Source of the DNA: Marsupella aquatica
Lineage: Eukaryota > Plantae > Marchantiophyta
DNA: 64,000 bases
NCBI GenBank assembly: GCA_973895155.1
Contig: OZ316892.1
Coordinates: 14,934,861-14,998,860 of the forward strand
Direction: 5' to 3'
Below, piece by piece: positions 35,501 through 53,700 of the stretch. The position numbers and the translations under genes were made by a program. Within the stretch, counting starts at the first letter, position 1. Every line of letters starts with the position of its first letter. The notes under the pieces are model-generated. The model was given only the letters and a program-made list of their open reading frames with translations, had not been told where the DNA came from and searched no databases.

Positions 35501-37964
35501 GAAGTCATAGTCGGCAAGAGGAACCTGGAACCAATCAGCAACTGGTCAGTTCAGAGGAATCATTCGAAGATACTCAGAAACATCTTTCACCAGCTTTCGT
35601 TTTGTGATCTTGATTAAACCCGCAGGTCCGCTGAGAAGTTTCCTTGTTTAATTAATTGGCGTTGAAGGCTAGAAAACTCTAACCTGATGGTGATGAACGT
35701 GATATCCAAAAGCGCCAAGATTTTCAACGAGATCCCCTTCTCCGTGCATCACACCGGACAGAAACTCTGTAGAACAATTAATCCCAACGTAAAACTGGAG
35801 CTCTTGCGCTTTACCGTAAGTGAAATGCAGAAGGAAATGACAACAACGAAGACATCAGTCCATGATATAGGTAGACCTGGAAATCAGAAGGCAGCGAGCA
35901 ATGAACATCGGGATTCTTCGCTTCATGCAGAAGACTAGACGCGAATAATTAAACTCGGAACGGAATGTAGTGTAGGGAACAAAGAATTTGGTGAACATTT
36001 TCGAGAATAAAGCATTCAATGTAGAATTCAGTATTCATGATTCTCCTTAATGGTACCTTGCAGGACCTGGGCACTGGATTTCAGTGTGGCGTCGGAACGG
36101 AACAGAGGTGGCGACCCTCCGTCCACTCCATCAATTCCATCTGTGATCTTCAGCGTGGTCTGGCACTTCAACTTATCCAGGACCAGGACTAGAAGAAAAA
36201 GTCTTTTCAGTATTGCTCGTCCTAGAGGTTCAGAATGTTCATCTCGATAGAACCCCTCAGTTGTTCTGTCAAATGAGAACAAATCATTGGTTCCAAATAC
36301 AGTGGTCGAACAACCAACGCAAGACATACGAAAGGTATCACGACAGCTTGTGAGCCAGATCACTAATTGAAGACGACCTCTTCCCTACATAACAAAACAA
36401 AGAAAGGGGGATAAAAAAGATGCGAACTTCTTAGTTGTGGGTTCGAAGGCTTGGTCCGATTGCGCAAAAAAATGCCTCTTGATGAAAACTTTCAAACGAG
36501 CGAATTGAGCTTCGTGAACGTCCTTGTGCACGGTTTGCTTCGAACCGTCTTGGTGCAATGTTTCACCCAGCAAAGCTGTGTGCCCAAGCACGATATGTAA
36601 GCCAATCCGCATCCAACAAGCGTTGTAATTCAATAGCACGTGAATGGCCTTTTTCCTTAACGCTACATCCGTCAAGATTACGCATCCTTTCTTCATTCTC
36701 AATCGCCCGTCATCGATGTGCTGAAAGCAAGGAGTAAGAGGGTATCAATACTAAGACTTTAGAAAAAAGGCTCACTCAACTTGCAACATTGCAGCATAAG
36801 CGACACAGGATGCTTCGAGGTAGTATTACTCAAGAGAAGGTACGAGATAGTTCGACGCCCGTTGGCTCCTACCTTTGCCAGCTGCGTAATGACGACAAGA
36901 ATCTCCCCGGTCTCAGTCTCACCAAAGTGGAGCTTCAGTCTTCGAGCAAGTTCAGATATCCGGCCGACGTCTTGCATGTGAGTATCCCTGGAATAAGAAT
37001 ATCCGTGCTCTGCCATCATCCTCAACTTCTTAGAACTTGAATGCAAGCCGGCAGGCGACAGTTCCACGTTCGATTTGCTGTCAGGTGTAGAAGACATGTC
37101 CTTCAAGACCCTCTTGTCAGAATGAAACGCCCCTACACTTGGAAACCCTCTGTTGCCCACTCCATTCAACGGAGCGAGAGGACTCCTTAGTGACCTGAAT
37201 GGATAAGGTGAAGCCACACAGTCTTTAGCGTAGTCAGCCTCGTCGATTAGCTGCAAGTCAGTGGATAGCAGACTTGAGTTTGAACAGAGGGAAGTCACGG
37301 AGTACTTGCGAGAGACAGAGTCCTCAACGTTTGGAACCTGGCTACCACCTGTCGGAAGTAAATCGAAGACATGATTCAACCAAGCAGTAAAAGCCCGTTC
37401 CTGTCGTTCCATCAGAAGATCTTGTCGAGCTTGCACTACACGGGAAGCCTGCAATTCCTGATCATCAAGCAGTCGCAGTTTCATTCTGGATTTGCTCTGC
37501 GGTTTTCTACAAGATGACAATGGCGGACAAGCCTTGCTAGGCGGTGTGATGAGAGTAGCAGTATATTCTGGTCCAAGAGGCGTTTTGGGGGGCCTACAAG
37601 GTGTCCACAAATGACGTCGAGGGGTCGCGAGAAGCCCATTCGTTCTTGAAGATTGCGGGGTTACACATTCTGGCTGACCGATGACGAATTGCGACGGAAT
37701 CCCGGGGTTGGGCTTGCTGCAATTACTTGCATCACATTCTCTGCTTCTTGAGAGTTGCTGCTTTACCCTGCTTTTTTGGAATTTGGAGGTAGATGACCAC
37801 GCTACAAATCTCTTTTGAGGAGTATCCCAGGTCATAATTTTACCATCGGGTCCTGTAATCACAATAGGACTTTGCAAACGCTCGCTCATAGGGAGTGCTG
37901 AGCCCTCGTCGTCTCCTTTGGAACTGATTCTCTGTTTGCCACACGGCGTCTTCCATGTTTCCAT
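26522..37964 (-). CDS. ASPM: Abnormal spindle-like microcephaly-associated protein homologue (CH domains, IQ repeats, C-terminal ARM/HEAT-like region); last exon uncertain (26.5-27.2 kb)
   Basis: TP/SP-rich N-terminal exon with QERAFTAWLN; RMKKGCVILTDVALRKKAIHVLLNYN..W.RIGL; ILKRLFLLVLVLDK..GIDGVDGGSPPLF; CH motif IIDGNKDKVFSLLWNIMVHLQ; a ~2.3 kb exon (~29876-32216) with many IQxxWRG motifs; C-terminal CCEQLAEAGAITTILLLIQTINRSPP..VLKHALSILSNLARY, as in plant ASPM homologues (At4g21820 type). Confidence 0.92.
30590..31260 (-). repeat. 141-bp (47-codon) coding tandem repeat, ~5 copies, each encoding two IQ motifs
   Basis: The anchor CTTCCG(T/C)CGAGC recurs at 141-bp spacing (~30628, 30769, 30910, 31051, 31192). 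Peptide unit: ALKxISSTRIQARWRGLVARRKLHLLKQAATKIQRAWRERKRQLTER. Confidence 0.95.
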
Positions 37965-38812
37965 GATGAAGTTCCGGATAGCTACGTCGACGTCGTAAAC
38001 ATTATGCTGAAGGTGAGTTAAACGACCACTGCGAGGCTAGAAGCTCTCCTCGACTTCCCCTGAAGGAGCACAGTCCTAGCTGTTCTCTCTTCAGACCTTC
38101 CAAAACCTCCTTCTGCTCGACACTGCTGAGATACTCCTCTCTTTGATATAGTAGCGCGAGCCCTCTCCATAGCCTCAGCAGTAACGGTTGCACCATATGA
38201 TCCATGAAAAGCTCGTTGACATTGTTGTTCTAAGGCTCTCTTACGCTCGTAACGCGACTGATGAAGACACTGAGCACCGTGCGTGAGGTTCCAATTGTAG
38301 ATAAAATGCCGGAGGATAAAATAAGCGACAATTTCTGAACAGAGGAGAATTGCACACTTGTACACTTCCTGCTTTTCGCATAGCGTCTTACAGTGCCATC
38401 ATTTTGCCTCCATCATGTTCTAGTCGGAATGGGAGATAACTGTAAACCAGTCCGGGGCGGGGCACTGCAGCAGCACACAGGAACAAGAAAACGAGATTAC
38501 GAAGGAGAAAGGGGGACAAGAAGAGTGACCCCATCGAGATCATCATTCTCCCACTGTGAAGCTCAACATACCATCTTCAAACTTTGATCGCTTACCGAAT
38601 GAAAGACCAGTAGAGCACCACATTCGTCTCGAAGAACACCACATTCACAGATTTTCGAGTACTACATTCAACGATTTGAAGAGCGGAGAAAAAGGATGCA
38701 GAATCAGCTCACAACGCGGAGCATGACGAGCTGGGGAATGAGCACTTTCGATGATCACACTGACTGACAGAGCCCAGCGTGCATAGAATGATAGAAAGGG
38801 GAAGTTCCAACT

Positions 38813-38996
38813 TCCAACGGTACTGCAGATGGCTGAGCAGAATGGGCGGGGCGGTCTATTTCTGCAGAGATTCGAAAATTCAAAAAAAGGGGACATTACT
38901 CTACCGTCTCTACGTCTCTACAGTCGCGGATCTCACGCTTTCACAAGCGCAACTTTAAAGGAGCCGTCCACGAAAGAGAGGTGACACACGTCCGTT
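38813..38996 (-). promoter_or_regulatory. Putative G2/M promoter of ASPM with MSA-like and CHR-like motifs
   Basis: TCCAACGGT (38813-38821), AACGG on the minus strand (38992-38996), GC box GGGCGGGGC (38844), TTCGAA (38871) and TTTGAA on the minus strand (38879-38884). Confidence 0.45.
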
Positions 38997-39109
38997 ATGT
39001 TAGACAGTTAGACTAGCTCATGATTAAAATAAGGTGGTGGGGTAGAGCTTATTGGCTGAAGTTCAGCTTTGTGGTGGGGGCCTGAAAATGGCACCAAATC
39101 TTTTTTCTG

Positions 39110-39232
39110 CTCATATGATTATGCTTATACCATTCTCCAAAACACAGTGTACAATACTAAAGAGAGGGCACTCATATGATTATTGCTTATAATATTCTCC
39201 AAAACAAAGTGTACAATACTAAAGAGAGTGCA
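39110..39232. repeat. ~61-bp tandem duplication
   Basis: CTCATATGATTAT(T)GCTTATA..ATTCTCCAAAACA.AGTGTACAATACTAAAGAGAG.GCA occurs twice. Confidence 0.9.
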
Positions 39233-39669
39233 TTTGCAATAGTTTAGCTTTTGTGACCAAACCTCTTCGGTCACGGGCCCTATTCCAAAATACCGCCTCA
39301 AAAGATTTTGGGTGAGCCTTCTTGTGAAACATAATTAATGCACAGAAATTGTGAAACCAGTACTTGAGGTACCTGTTATTGCCATAATCTTTTGCCTGGA
39401 AATAACAGTTTTCCGGACGCTAATTAAAAATTACAATAGAAGGTCTCCCCACCTTTTACAGTGGTTGTCTTACAAAATATAGAGCTTTCTATGCCAAAAG
39501 AAATCAGAAAAGTAAAGCTACAAGGGTTACTGCAAAACAAGCTAGGACAAAGAGAAGAATCATTTCTAATTCTCCACTTGCTACTCGTCATCATTATACT
39601 TGAAAGTACAGTCTCTCCCTTTGATCTCCTCAAGGTACTTGCAAGTACACTCACGGTCCAATCACTATT

Positions 39670-39985
39670 GTTTTACCCAACACAACGCCAGGGCTTTGTA
39701 TTTGAATAGTGGGCGATAGGGTGCTCTATTCTAATAGCGCACCAGGGGCATTATATTCAAGTTTTAATGATGTGTTTTCATTTTTTATACTTGCAGGGTG
39801 TTGTGTTTGAAATGTGAATTGTGTTCAAATATTGACATTGTCACATGATTCTTGAATTTTTAATTGTTTCTGCTCAATGTAGAACAGTTTAGGGTCAAAT
39901 CTTGAACACAACGTCCTACTCAAACACAACGTCAATATTTAAACACAACGCCCGGGCGATGTGTTAAAACAACATTGTGTTTGAA
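39670..39985. mobile_element. Relic with multiple AACACAAC(G) motifs in both orientations (subterminal-repeat-like, DNA transposon derived)
   Basis: AACACAACG at ~39679, ~39905, ~39923 and ~39942; inverted copies GTTGTGTT / ATTGTGTT at ~39800, ~39818 and ~39974. ATTGTGTTCAAATATTGAC pairs with GTCAATATTTAAACACAAC. Confidence 0.5.
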
Positions 39986-40344
39986 GAAAAAAAAAATTCT
40001 TATGGAGACCAGGGCGCGGTTTTGGGGAAGACAGTAGTCATTGTCTTCTTTGTATTCCCGCCCCAAGGTATTCCCCATGTGCCATGCAATGCAAGTAGCT
40101 AACCATTGTCTTCTTTGAATGTATTTCCCTGCCCCAATGTACTCCCCATAAGCTTTGCAATGCAAGGAGACTGTACTCACCCCTCCCCTTGGTACTCCCT
40201 TGAAATGAGTACATTCTATAGAAAACAAATATACTTGACACAATTCAATATATATTTGGATGCACTAGGCAAGGGTTGGGGGCCAAACTGCTCTTGGCCA
40301 GGGGTGGCAGGTTTTAGGATGCATACAGTCATGAGGGGACCACC

Positions 40345-40608
40345 ACATATGACAACATCTTCTTTTGTGTCACAACATCTTTTACACAACATCTTTTCTG
40401 TAAATGACATGTTTACTAGACTACATCTTTTGTGGAACAATGTAGTTTATTTCACAACATCTTTTTTGTAATGATATCTTTTTCCAAATGACATATTTGC
40501 GCAATGACATTTTTGACTTGACAACATAGTCAGGCAACAACTTCTTTTACTTAATGATATATTTGATGCAACAACATTGTCTGTACAACGCACGGGCATT
40601 GAACTCGT
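40345..40608 (+). mobile_element. Helitron-like relic: ACAACATCTTTT minisatellite plus 3' hairpin and CTCG-T end
   Basis: Ends TCTGTACAACGCACGGGCATTGAACTCGT (40580-40608), matching the Helitron end CCCGTGCAACGCACGGGCA..CTAG-T. The body resembles 1790-2145. Confidence 0.6.
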
Positions 40609-40981
40609 GTACTATATACGGAGGTTGTGAAGGGGTTGTAGCCTGAACCCTGCTCCTATAAAATGAGGAAAAGTTTACCGGTGGTCACAGGTTATAGGCT
40701 AGTAACCCCAGCCCAAACCGTCATTATCCTACACACATTCGTTGTTGCCTAATGAATCCTGTCATTCAATTTTGCCCATCATCCAAATGTTATTTATCAT
40801 GCATGGACCCTATATGTGCTCAACATTAGTTGGCTTGGGTGGCGTAGCCCAGAATTAACAGTCTTCATTGTGACAAACAAGTTTTCAAGCTTAAGCTTCA
40901 TTGGTCAACTAAGTTCTGCACCAAAACGCCTATTGCAAAGTGGGATTCACCAAACCCTTGCACACAAAAGACTAGAAACTA

Positions 40982-41175
40982 AAGGTCACTCTCTTATCAC
41001 CAATATGGAGATTGGTAGCAGGCAACATCTAAGAGTGAGACCCAAGGGCTTCTAGTAATTCAGATTCCCAGGAACATTAGAGGTCACTCTCTATCACCAA
41101 AATGGAAACTAGTAGGCCGGCAGTACCAAGGAGTGGGGGCCAAAGGGGTTGTAATAATTGAGTTTCCCAGGAATT
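40982..41175. repeat. Diverged ~100-bp tandem duplication
   Basis: AGGTCACTCTC(T)TATCACCAA.ATGGA...TTCCCAGGAA occurs twice. Confidence 0.75.
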
Positions 41176-42398
41176 GTTGCCCTGAAACTGAAGGTTGGTC
41201 TTGATTTTGGCTGGAAGTACACTCTCCATAAGCATTTTGGGGAATTCACAGAGGATGGGAAGAAGTTTTATACATATGACCTCTCAATTTCATGTAAAAG
41301 CCAAATGGACCTGTCACTTGATATGAACAGCTGCTGTTTGAAATACTTGAACGTAAATAGATGTGAGGCCAAAAATGTACCTTGCGAAAAAAGAGAATCC
41401 TGGCTATTTCCCGTTTATCTTTCCCCAACCTCTGCTTTTGTCTGCATTGAAAAGATTTGCCTGCAAAAAACGAGGTCAATGTGAAGCATTTCAAAAGCTT
41501 TCTTCAAAATACAACCTACTTCCTCTAAGCGCACACTCTTGTGACTAAGCCACAAGGTTGAACAGAGCACTACTTGATAAGTGTCACATTGATGACCTTA
41601 AACCTATCACATAGAAAACCATGAGGATCCACAGGCTAAGTATCTACAAGTGCAAGGTCACCACTCTTAATCATTGACACTTATAGTAATAATGTATCTC
41701 CATTTGTTACGGTAATCAAGCTTGGATGGGATCTCCTAGCAAAGCTTCAAAACTTGGATGGACCCCAATATGCTCTGTGACAATAGAACTGTGATTCTAA
41801 ATGAGTCTCATCCTAGTCAAGATGCATGTTTCCAAAGATCCATACAAGCTTGAAAATCTCATGGAACCCTGAAGTTCAAATTGAGATCTCTTCCCGGCTT
41901 ACACCTCCTAAAGTTTTCATATTTTTGCAAAAATCACTTTGATTTCGTTTTTTGCAAATATGACTAGCTAGCTTCAAATTGTCTCTCCAGGTCACATCTA
42001 GTATTTTCCGATTTCAAGGTTCTACATACATTTAAATAAAATATAAGCTCAGATGGGACTCCCTCTCAACCCTGTTGCCAGAATAGTATTTTTAAGCTTT
42101 GATTAGATATACCTAAACTCGACATAAAATCTACAAATACCTGAACCAGGATGACATAGGATTAGTGTAAAAAGAAATTCCATTGATACAATGAGTATGA
42201 TGGGATCCCATCCAAGTCCATTCGTTTGAATGAAGATCCCATCTAGGGCTATGGATCCATTTCAATTTATTTTTCTCGTGGAACAAACAGCACTACGGTA
42301 CCAGCCTAGCAAAAGATTCAGCCTGGTAATCATCATGATTTGCTCCTTTAAAAAATAGTGGACAACTCTATTCAAACCATCCAAATAGAGAATCCATA

Positions 42399-48694
<6,296 letters not shown>

Positions 48695-49555
48695 GGAAGA
48701 ACTTTGAGCTGAGCAGAGATCACGCCTTATCCTTCGTTTTCTAGACAGTCGACCAAACAGCGTTGCGTTCCTTGTCGGGTGGCTGTCTTGCTCAGCCAAC
48801 GAGCCTGTCCCGAACGAGAATGGAGCTCAAAGTCTGCCTGTGAGCAGCATAGGAAGACGAGTGAGGGTCGTGAATAATAACAAACTTTCCTACGATATAA
48901 CAATGAATGAGTCTTACTGTGAATGTATGGTAGTGGTCAAACTGTGGTTGGTTCCAGGCCTGTGAGCAACTCAACCACACTAAAGTCCACGTTGGGTTTT
49001 GTGTGCTGTACAGAAACAGAATAACTCAACGTCTGCTTGTGTAAATAAACATGTCAAAGCAACGTCATCACAACTGGTCTGTAGAGTTGTATGAAGAAAT
49101 GTAAGTCCATTGAGTGTGTTATCGCTTTCCCTTTCATACCTTCACTCTCGGGTGGTTTGAGGGTTGTGGGAAGAATGGTTAGACCCCAACTAGCCCAATT
49201 GACACCCCTCCGCTGCCTCACCCTCGTCATTTGAATGTCACTAGTTACAGACGCACTTTTTGACCCTGGGAGCCTCTATCTTTGTACGCATTTCTTGGCC
49301 AACGCTCAGTTTTAGTTCAGTAAAACCAAACCTGGTACCATCAGAAAATCAACATTTGGGAGGTTCTGATGGGAAGGGTTTGGGGAGCAAGGCTTGGCTG
49401 CATGTGCACTCGCGCAACCCACCAAAATGGGGTGTACATATTGGATCACATCATCATCGAATGTAGGTGGGTCAATAGGCTTCAGACACGGAGTCAAATT
49501 TGGGGGGAGAAATGGAGATTATAGTGTCGGGCTGGGAAGTGAACCTGTCCAAACC

Positions 49556-50098
49556 TCACTCGCAAAATAACCTCACAAGATGTTCAAAGAGCAAGTTGAC
49601 CTTGCTCCCAATAAATAACACCGCAAAACCTACGAAGGGAATCTTGACGAGGTGGTTTAAGATGTGCAAGAAAGCACATGGCAGCTCTAGTTCAACTTGC
49701 TCGTGTAGATCCTCATACCAAGATGGATGCAAAGCCTTGCATCCTAACGGCACGAGAATGAGAGAGATTAGGGTACAGAGGTCTATCAATGATGCAACTA
49801 AATCCACCAGGAGTGTTTTCAGTTCACGTCGACGCAAACCAAAGTGCATTTTGAAGCTTACTCTTCTTCTGGTGTAGTATCGTTCAAAAACCCCGGTACT
49901 GCTATTGACATCATATTCGTTGGCCTCTGAACCGTACTTCTCACACAGCAGGGATGGGCTTCCCTCAGAACTACCGGTAGCAGAATGCTCATTTTGTGAA
50001 GAGTATGTCGACAGCACAGCCAGGTATAAATGCATATGAATAGCAGTGCGTAGCTCATTTCTGATGTCTTTTCTTTGAGGCTGTTCGTTGAGTGCCAT
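49556..50098 (-). CDS. Hypothetical 180-aa ORF
   Basis: ATG-initiated open frame (gaaATGGCA) with two hydrophobic segments in the C-terminal half. No homology recognised; it may be a chance ORF. Confidence 0.2.
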   Translation of the reverse strand: MALNEQPQRKDIRNELRTAIHMHLYLAVLSTYSSQNEHSATGSSEGSPSLLCEKYGSEANEYDVNSSTGVFERYYTRRRVSFKMHFGLRRRELKTLLVDLVASLIDLCTLISLILVPLGCKALHPSWYEDLHEQVELELPCAFLHILNHLVKIPFVGFAVLFIGSKVNLLFEHLVRLFCE

Positions 50099-50765
50099 TT
50101 CAATTCTGCCTTAAACACTCATCGTACCTTGTGATTAATCGATATGTCGGTCATGTTATGCATGCCTTCAATTATGAGTCTGCAGCCAATACATTATTTG
50201 GGTTCACAACTACGTCATAATCTTTTGTCATGGGATCACAAACAAGTAATGTCCAAAACCGAGAAAGTTGGATGGGAATCTCAGGAAGTTGGTCTAGACA
50301 AAGAATTGCCAAATTGCCCATGATTGATAGCCATAAAAGAATAGCAACCAATCAACTGTTAATGAATGTATGTACAAAATTCAAGATGGACGACTTTAAT
50401 CAAGAAATTGAAGTTTATGAATTCTCAAAAATGGTTCACTAGTTGCTCTTTGATCAATCAACCAATGGCTGGGGAGTTTGTGTACTGAGGATCTGATAAC
50501 TGTCAGTAGGAAATGATTCGAGATATACCTTCGCATACTATCAAAATTGAATGTGCAAGGCTGATTGCCCTAGCAGGCTTTCGCCGAAGCCCAGGCAAAC
50601 CTAACACTTTTTTACATTCTCATTAGGTCTATGACTTCTAACATGTTCATGAGGGCTAGGATTTTTAGCCCATCGAGCGATCTAAGCACAACTTTCTACT
50701 AGTCACAAAATGTTTGGAACATACAATGTACAAATTCAGAATTCTTATTTCATGAATAATTCTGA

Positions 50766-53700
50766 CTAGAAAGGCTGATGATCATCCTGTGGTCTACTTG
50801 GAGGTTCTGGTTTCCAGCCAGGTTTTGTATCCCAATAAATGTCATACCAAATGTGACCTGGTATATGATCTTGAACACAGCACCAAATACCAGTGTAAAG
50901 CTTAATTCGCTTTGAAAACTGTGTCGCCCTTGCCTGCAGAAACAAGCGCAAAAATACAAACCAATTAGATTTCGATAAATGAACCCTCTCTAAGTGGTCG
51001 GGATACATCAGTTAGTCTAACTAACTTGGTTTCGATTTAGGGAAGGGCAACGGTTCTCTTGCATTTTCATGAGCAATTCTCTTGAAACAGAATGCACATG
51101 ACCTTTAGCTGGCTTGGCATAGTCAAGGTACGATTTTTGAGTTTCTACAACATACAACAACACCACCTTACCCTTGACATGTCTACAAATTTCGATGGTC
51201 CCGTCATGCAACATCGTGAGTTTTAAGAATATCAGGAGAATAAGCAAACTTGTACCTCGTCAGAAAACCCTCCAAACGCTCTCAACATGGAAGAAAACTC
51301 AATGACATGTGCTTCAGTATAAGATGATAAGGCAGCCTTCAACTGCAAGATTACAAAACGAATGGCTAGCTGAGAGCTCTAGTGTCCAAGGCAGGTTCAC
51401 AAATCTTGAAAGCCAGTCTCAACTTTCAGTCCAACGTAGATAAGTGTTACATATGAAGCATCGTCAAGGAATCTGGTCTTATAATTGCTCCGAGAAAAAA
51501 CAGATCAGAATTATACAGGAAACAGGTGATCTCAAGTTTGAAAGTTAGAGATTCTAGATTATGATTCAAACTCCGGGGAAAGAATAATCTTCACCTGGTC
51601 TTCCGTGCTATTCATAGGAAGGTGTAAGGTTCCTGGCACCTCCACCTTCGAAGCATCTCTGTTACATCCAGGCGTGCCGGGCTCACAAAGGCTCACCTTA
51701 AGGATTGATGCGTTGACCTGTCACATGGGAGTGGATAGCTAGCCATCAGGAAATCGTTCGAGTAAACTTTGAGCGATTGAAAAATGCAATCACAAACGTT
51801 TCTGGGGGACAAGCAGCCAATGGATAAGGTAACGTAGTTGATTTGGAACAACGAAATCACCAAGAACGGTAATTAGAAAGAGTGACACGCCCGTACTATC
51901 TGAAAAGAACTAGCATTTTTTTCAAAGGTCTCAATTAATTATTCAGCGACACAAACAGCAGAATAGGATGCCCGCATGAAGTACCTTGCTGGGCAGCTGA
52001 GGATTGTCAAGGAATGAGTATTCACGAAACCGGATCGTAGCACCAAACTGTTCATTTGGCAGGTCTTTCAACCACGTGTGAATCTGCAGAATCATGCATT
52101 GCCATATCAAGAAATTAAGCCTTGCATTCAACAGAAGTGTGCAACATACGTTTCAAATTTCCGACTCACGAGAGTGCAAATCTATGACAAATTACATCTT
52201 TCACCTCAAAAATGTGGTCCATTGGGCACAAGAACGGTGGCTTAGTATGGGTGCCTGGTAAGATACCAGGATGTCCAAACCACAGGCGTTCAAACCTGCA
52301 CCATAGTTCAGGCATGACCTGCCAAAACCAGACATGTTAAACTCCAACTTCTAAAATATACTTAACCAGGAAACTTGAAGACAAACCGCTCCATTTGATG
52401 TGGCGCACAGGAAGGCAGGAACTAGGTTTGCAGAAAGTGTAGCACGTATTTAGCACGGGTCGTTGGAAATACCAGAGTCCGATTAAGAATTGAAGCAATT
52501 GCGAGTGCACTTCTGACTTGTATCAGCTGCAAATATACGAGGATCACGGCAGGACTTTGTGTCAACAAGGGCTATGGTAAAACATAAGCACTTGACAGAG
52601 GACCGATACACTTATATAATGTTAATATACTGGAGTTCTAATCGAAGATACAACACTGATATGTATGAAGAGCCTCAGCACAATAGCCAATGTCATCTTC
52701 TGAGCCAAGCAATTGTTAAACAACACTGCCAAACAAGATTGCCAAATGAGGAGCTTACGTACTTGATGGTTCACCAAATTAAAGTGACTTTCGACAGTAT
52801 GAGCTCCCCCAGTCATCAGATCCTCAGGTAGTGATGGGGTGTACGATATAAACCCACCTGAACATTGCAAACGACTCTAACGATTAAAGTCCCAAAAGAT
52901 TTCAATGAAGTAGAGTATACTAGCTTCCAGGTGAATGGGGTAAAAGCTAGCTGTGCCTGGCAAAAGATGACCTGGTGAAGACATAATTCAACATCTGATC
53001 TACTAAACCAAGTCTACAATGTAGGGAGGATAGCTAATACTTTTGAAATTATGGTACCTGGCTGTATTTATTTGCATACAAATTGAGGACAGAAGTGTAG
53101 AAACGAACAATCTAGGGGTAAAAGGAACGTGCTTCTCACCTGGTACATCATAGTAATCTGGTGGATCATAAAACAACTTAGCTTCCCTTAACCGATGCCG
53201 TTTTCCTTCAGTTCCTGCAAACTGGAAGGTGGTGTGTACAGCATAGGGCTTCAGTCCCAGCTCCTTATACATTGCCTGCTCTTGTACGGTCGTCATTCAA
53301 AGCAGCACGTTCAGTACAAATTCCCCATGTTTAGACCAAAGGATGGCAAGTTCAACATGCAAACCATCAAAGATCACACCCCTTCACCTGCCATTAAATT
53401 GTATTAGAGATGAAGCTCCCACTACGGCACACCACTATTATGGAACCATAACTGTTGGCCGGTACACTGAACTAGCTAACCATATAGTATTCAACTTGTC
53501 TACTGCTCCACTCACAGTTTTCCGAAGCCGTACCTCAAGGCAGACTCAAAACTACAGAGATAAATGAAGGCAAAACACAGCTAACACAATCGAAGCTTGC
53601 TATCATACCTGCACAAAATATGTCTGACCACTGCAGAAGATGCTCACAGGCAGAATTCCGAGTTTAAGTGTGCCGTCATAGCTATAAACTACTCCGCTTG

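Noticed and set aside
38002-38205. 67-aa uORF before ASPM
   Set aside because: A good branch point and acceptor (TTAACTCACCTTCAG, ~38007-38021 on the minus strand) suggest it lies in a leader intron; cannot be supported without transcripts.
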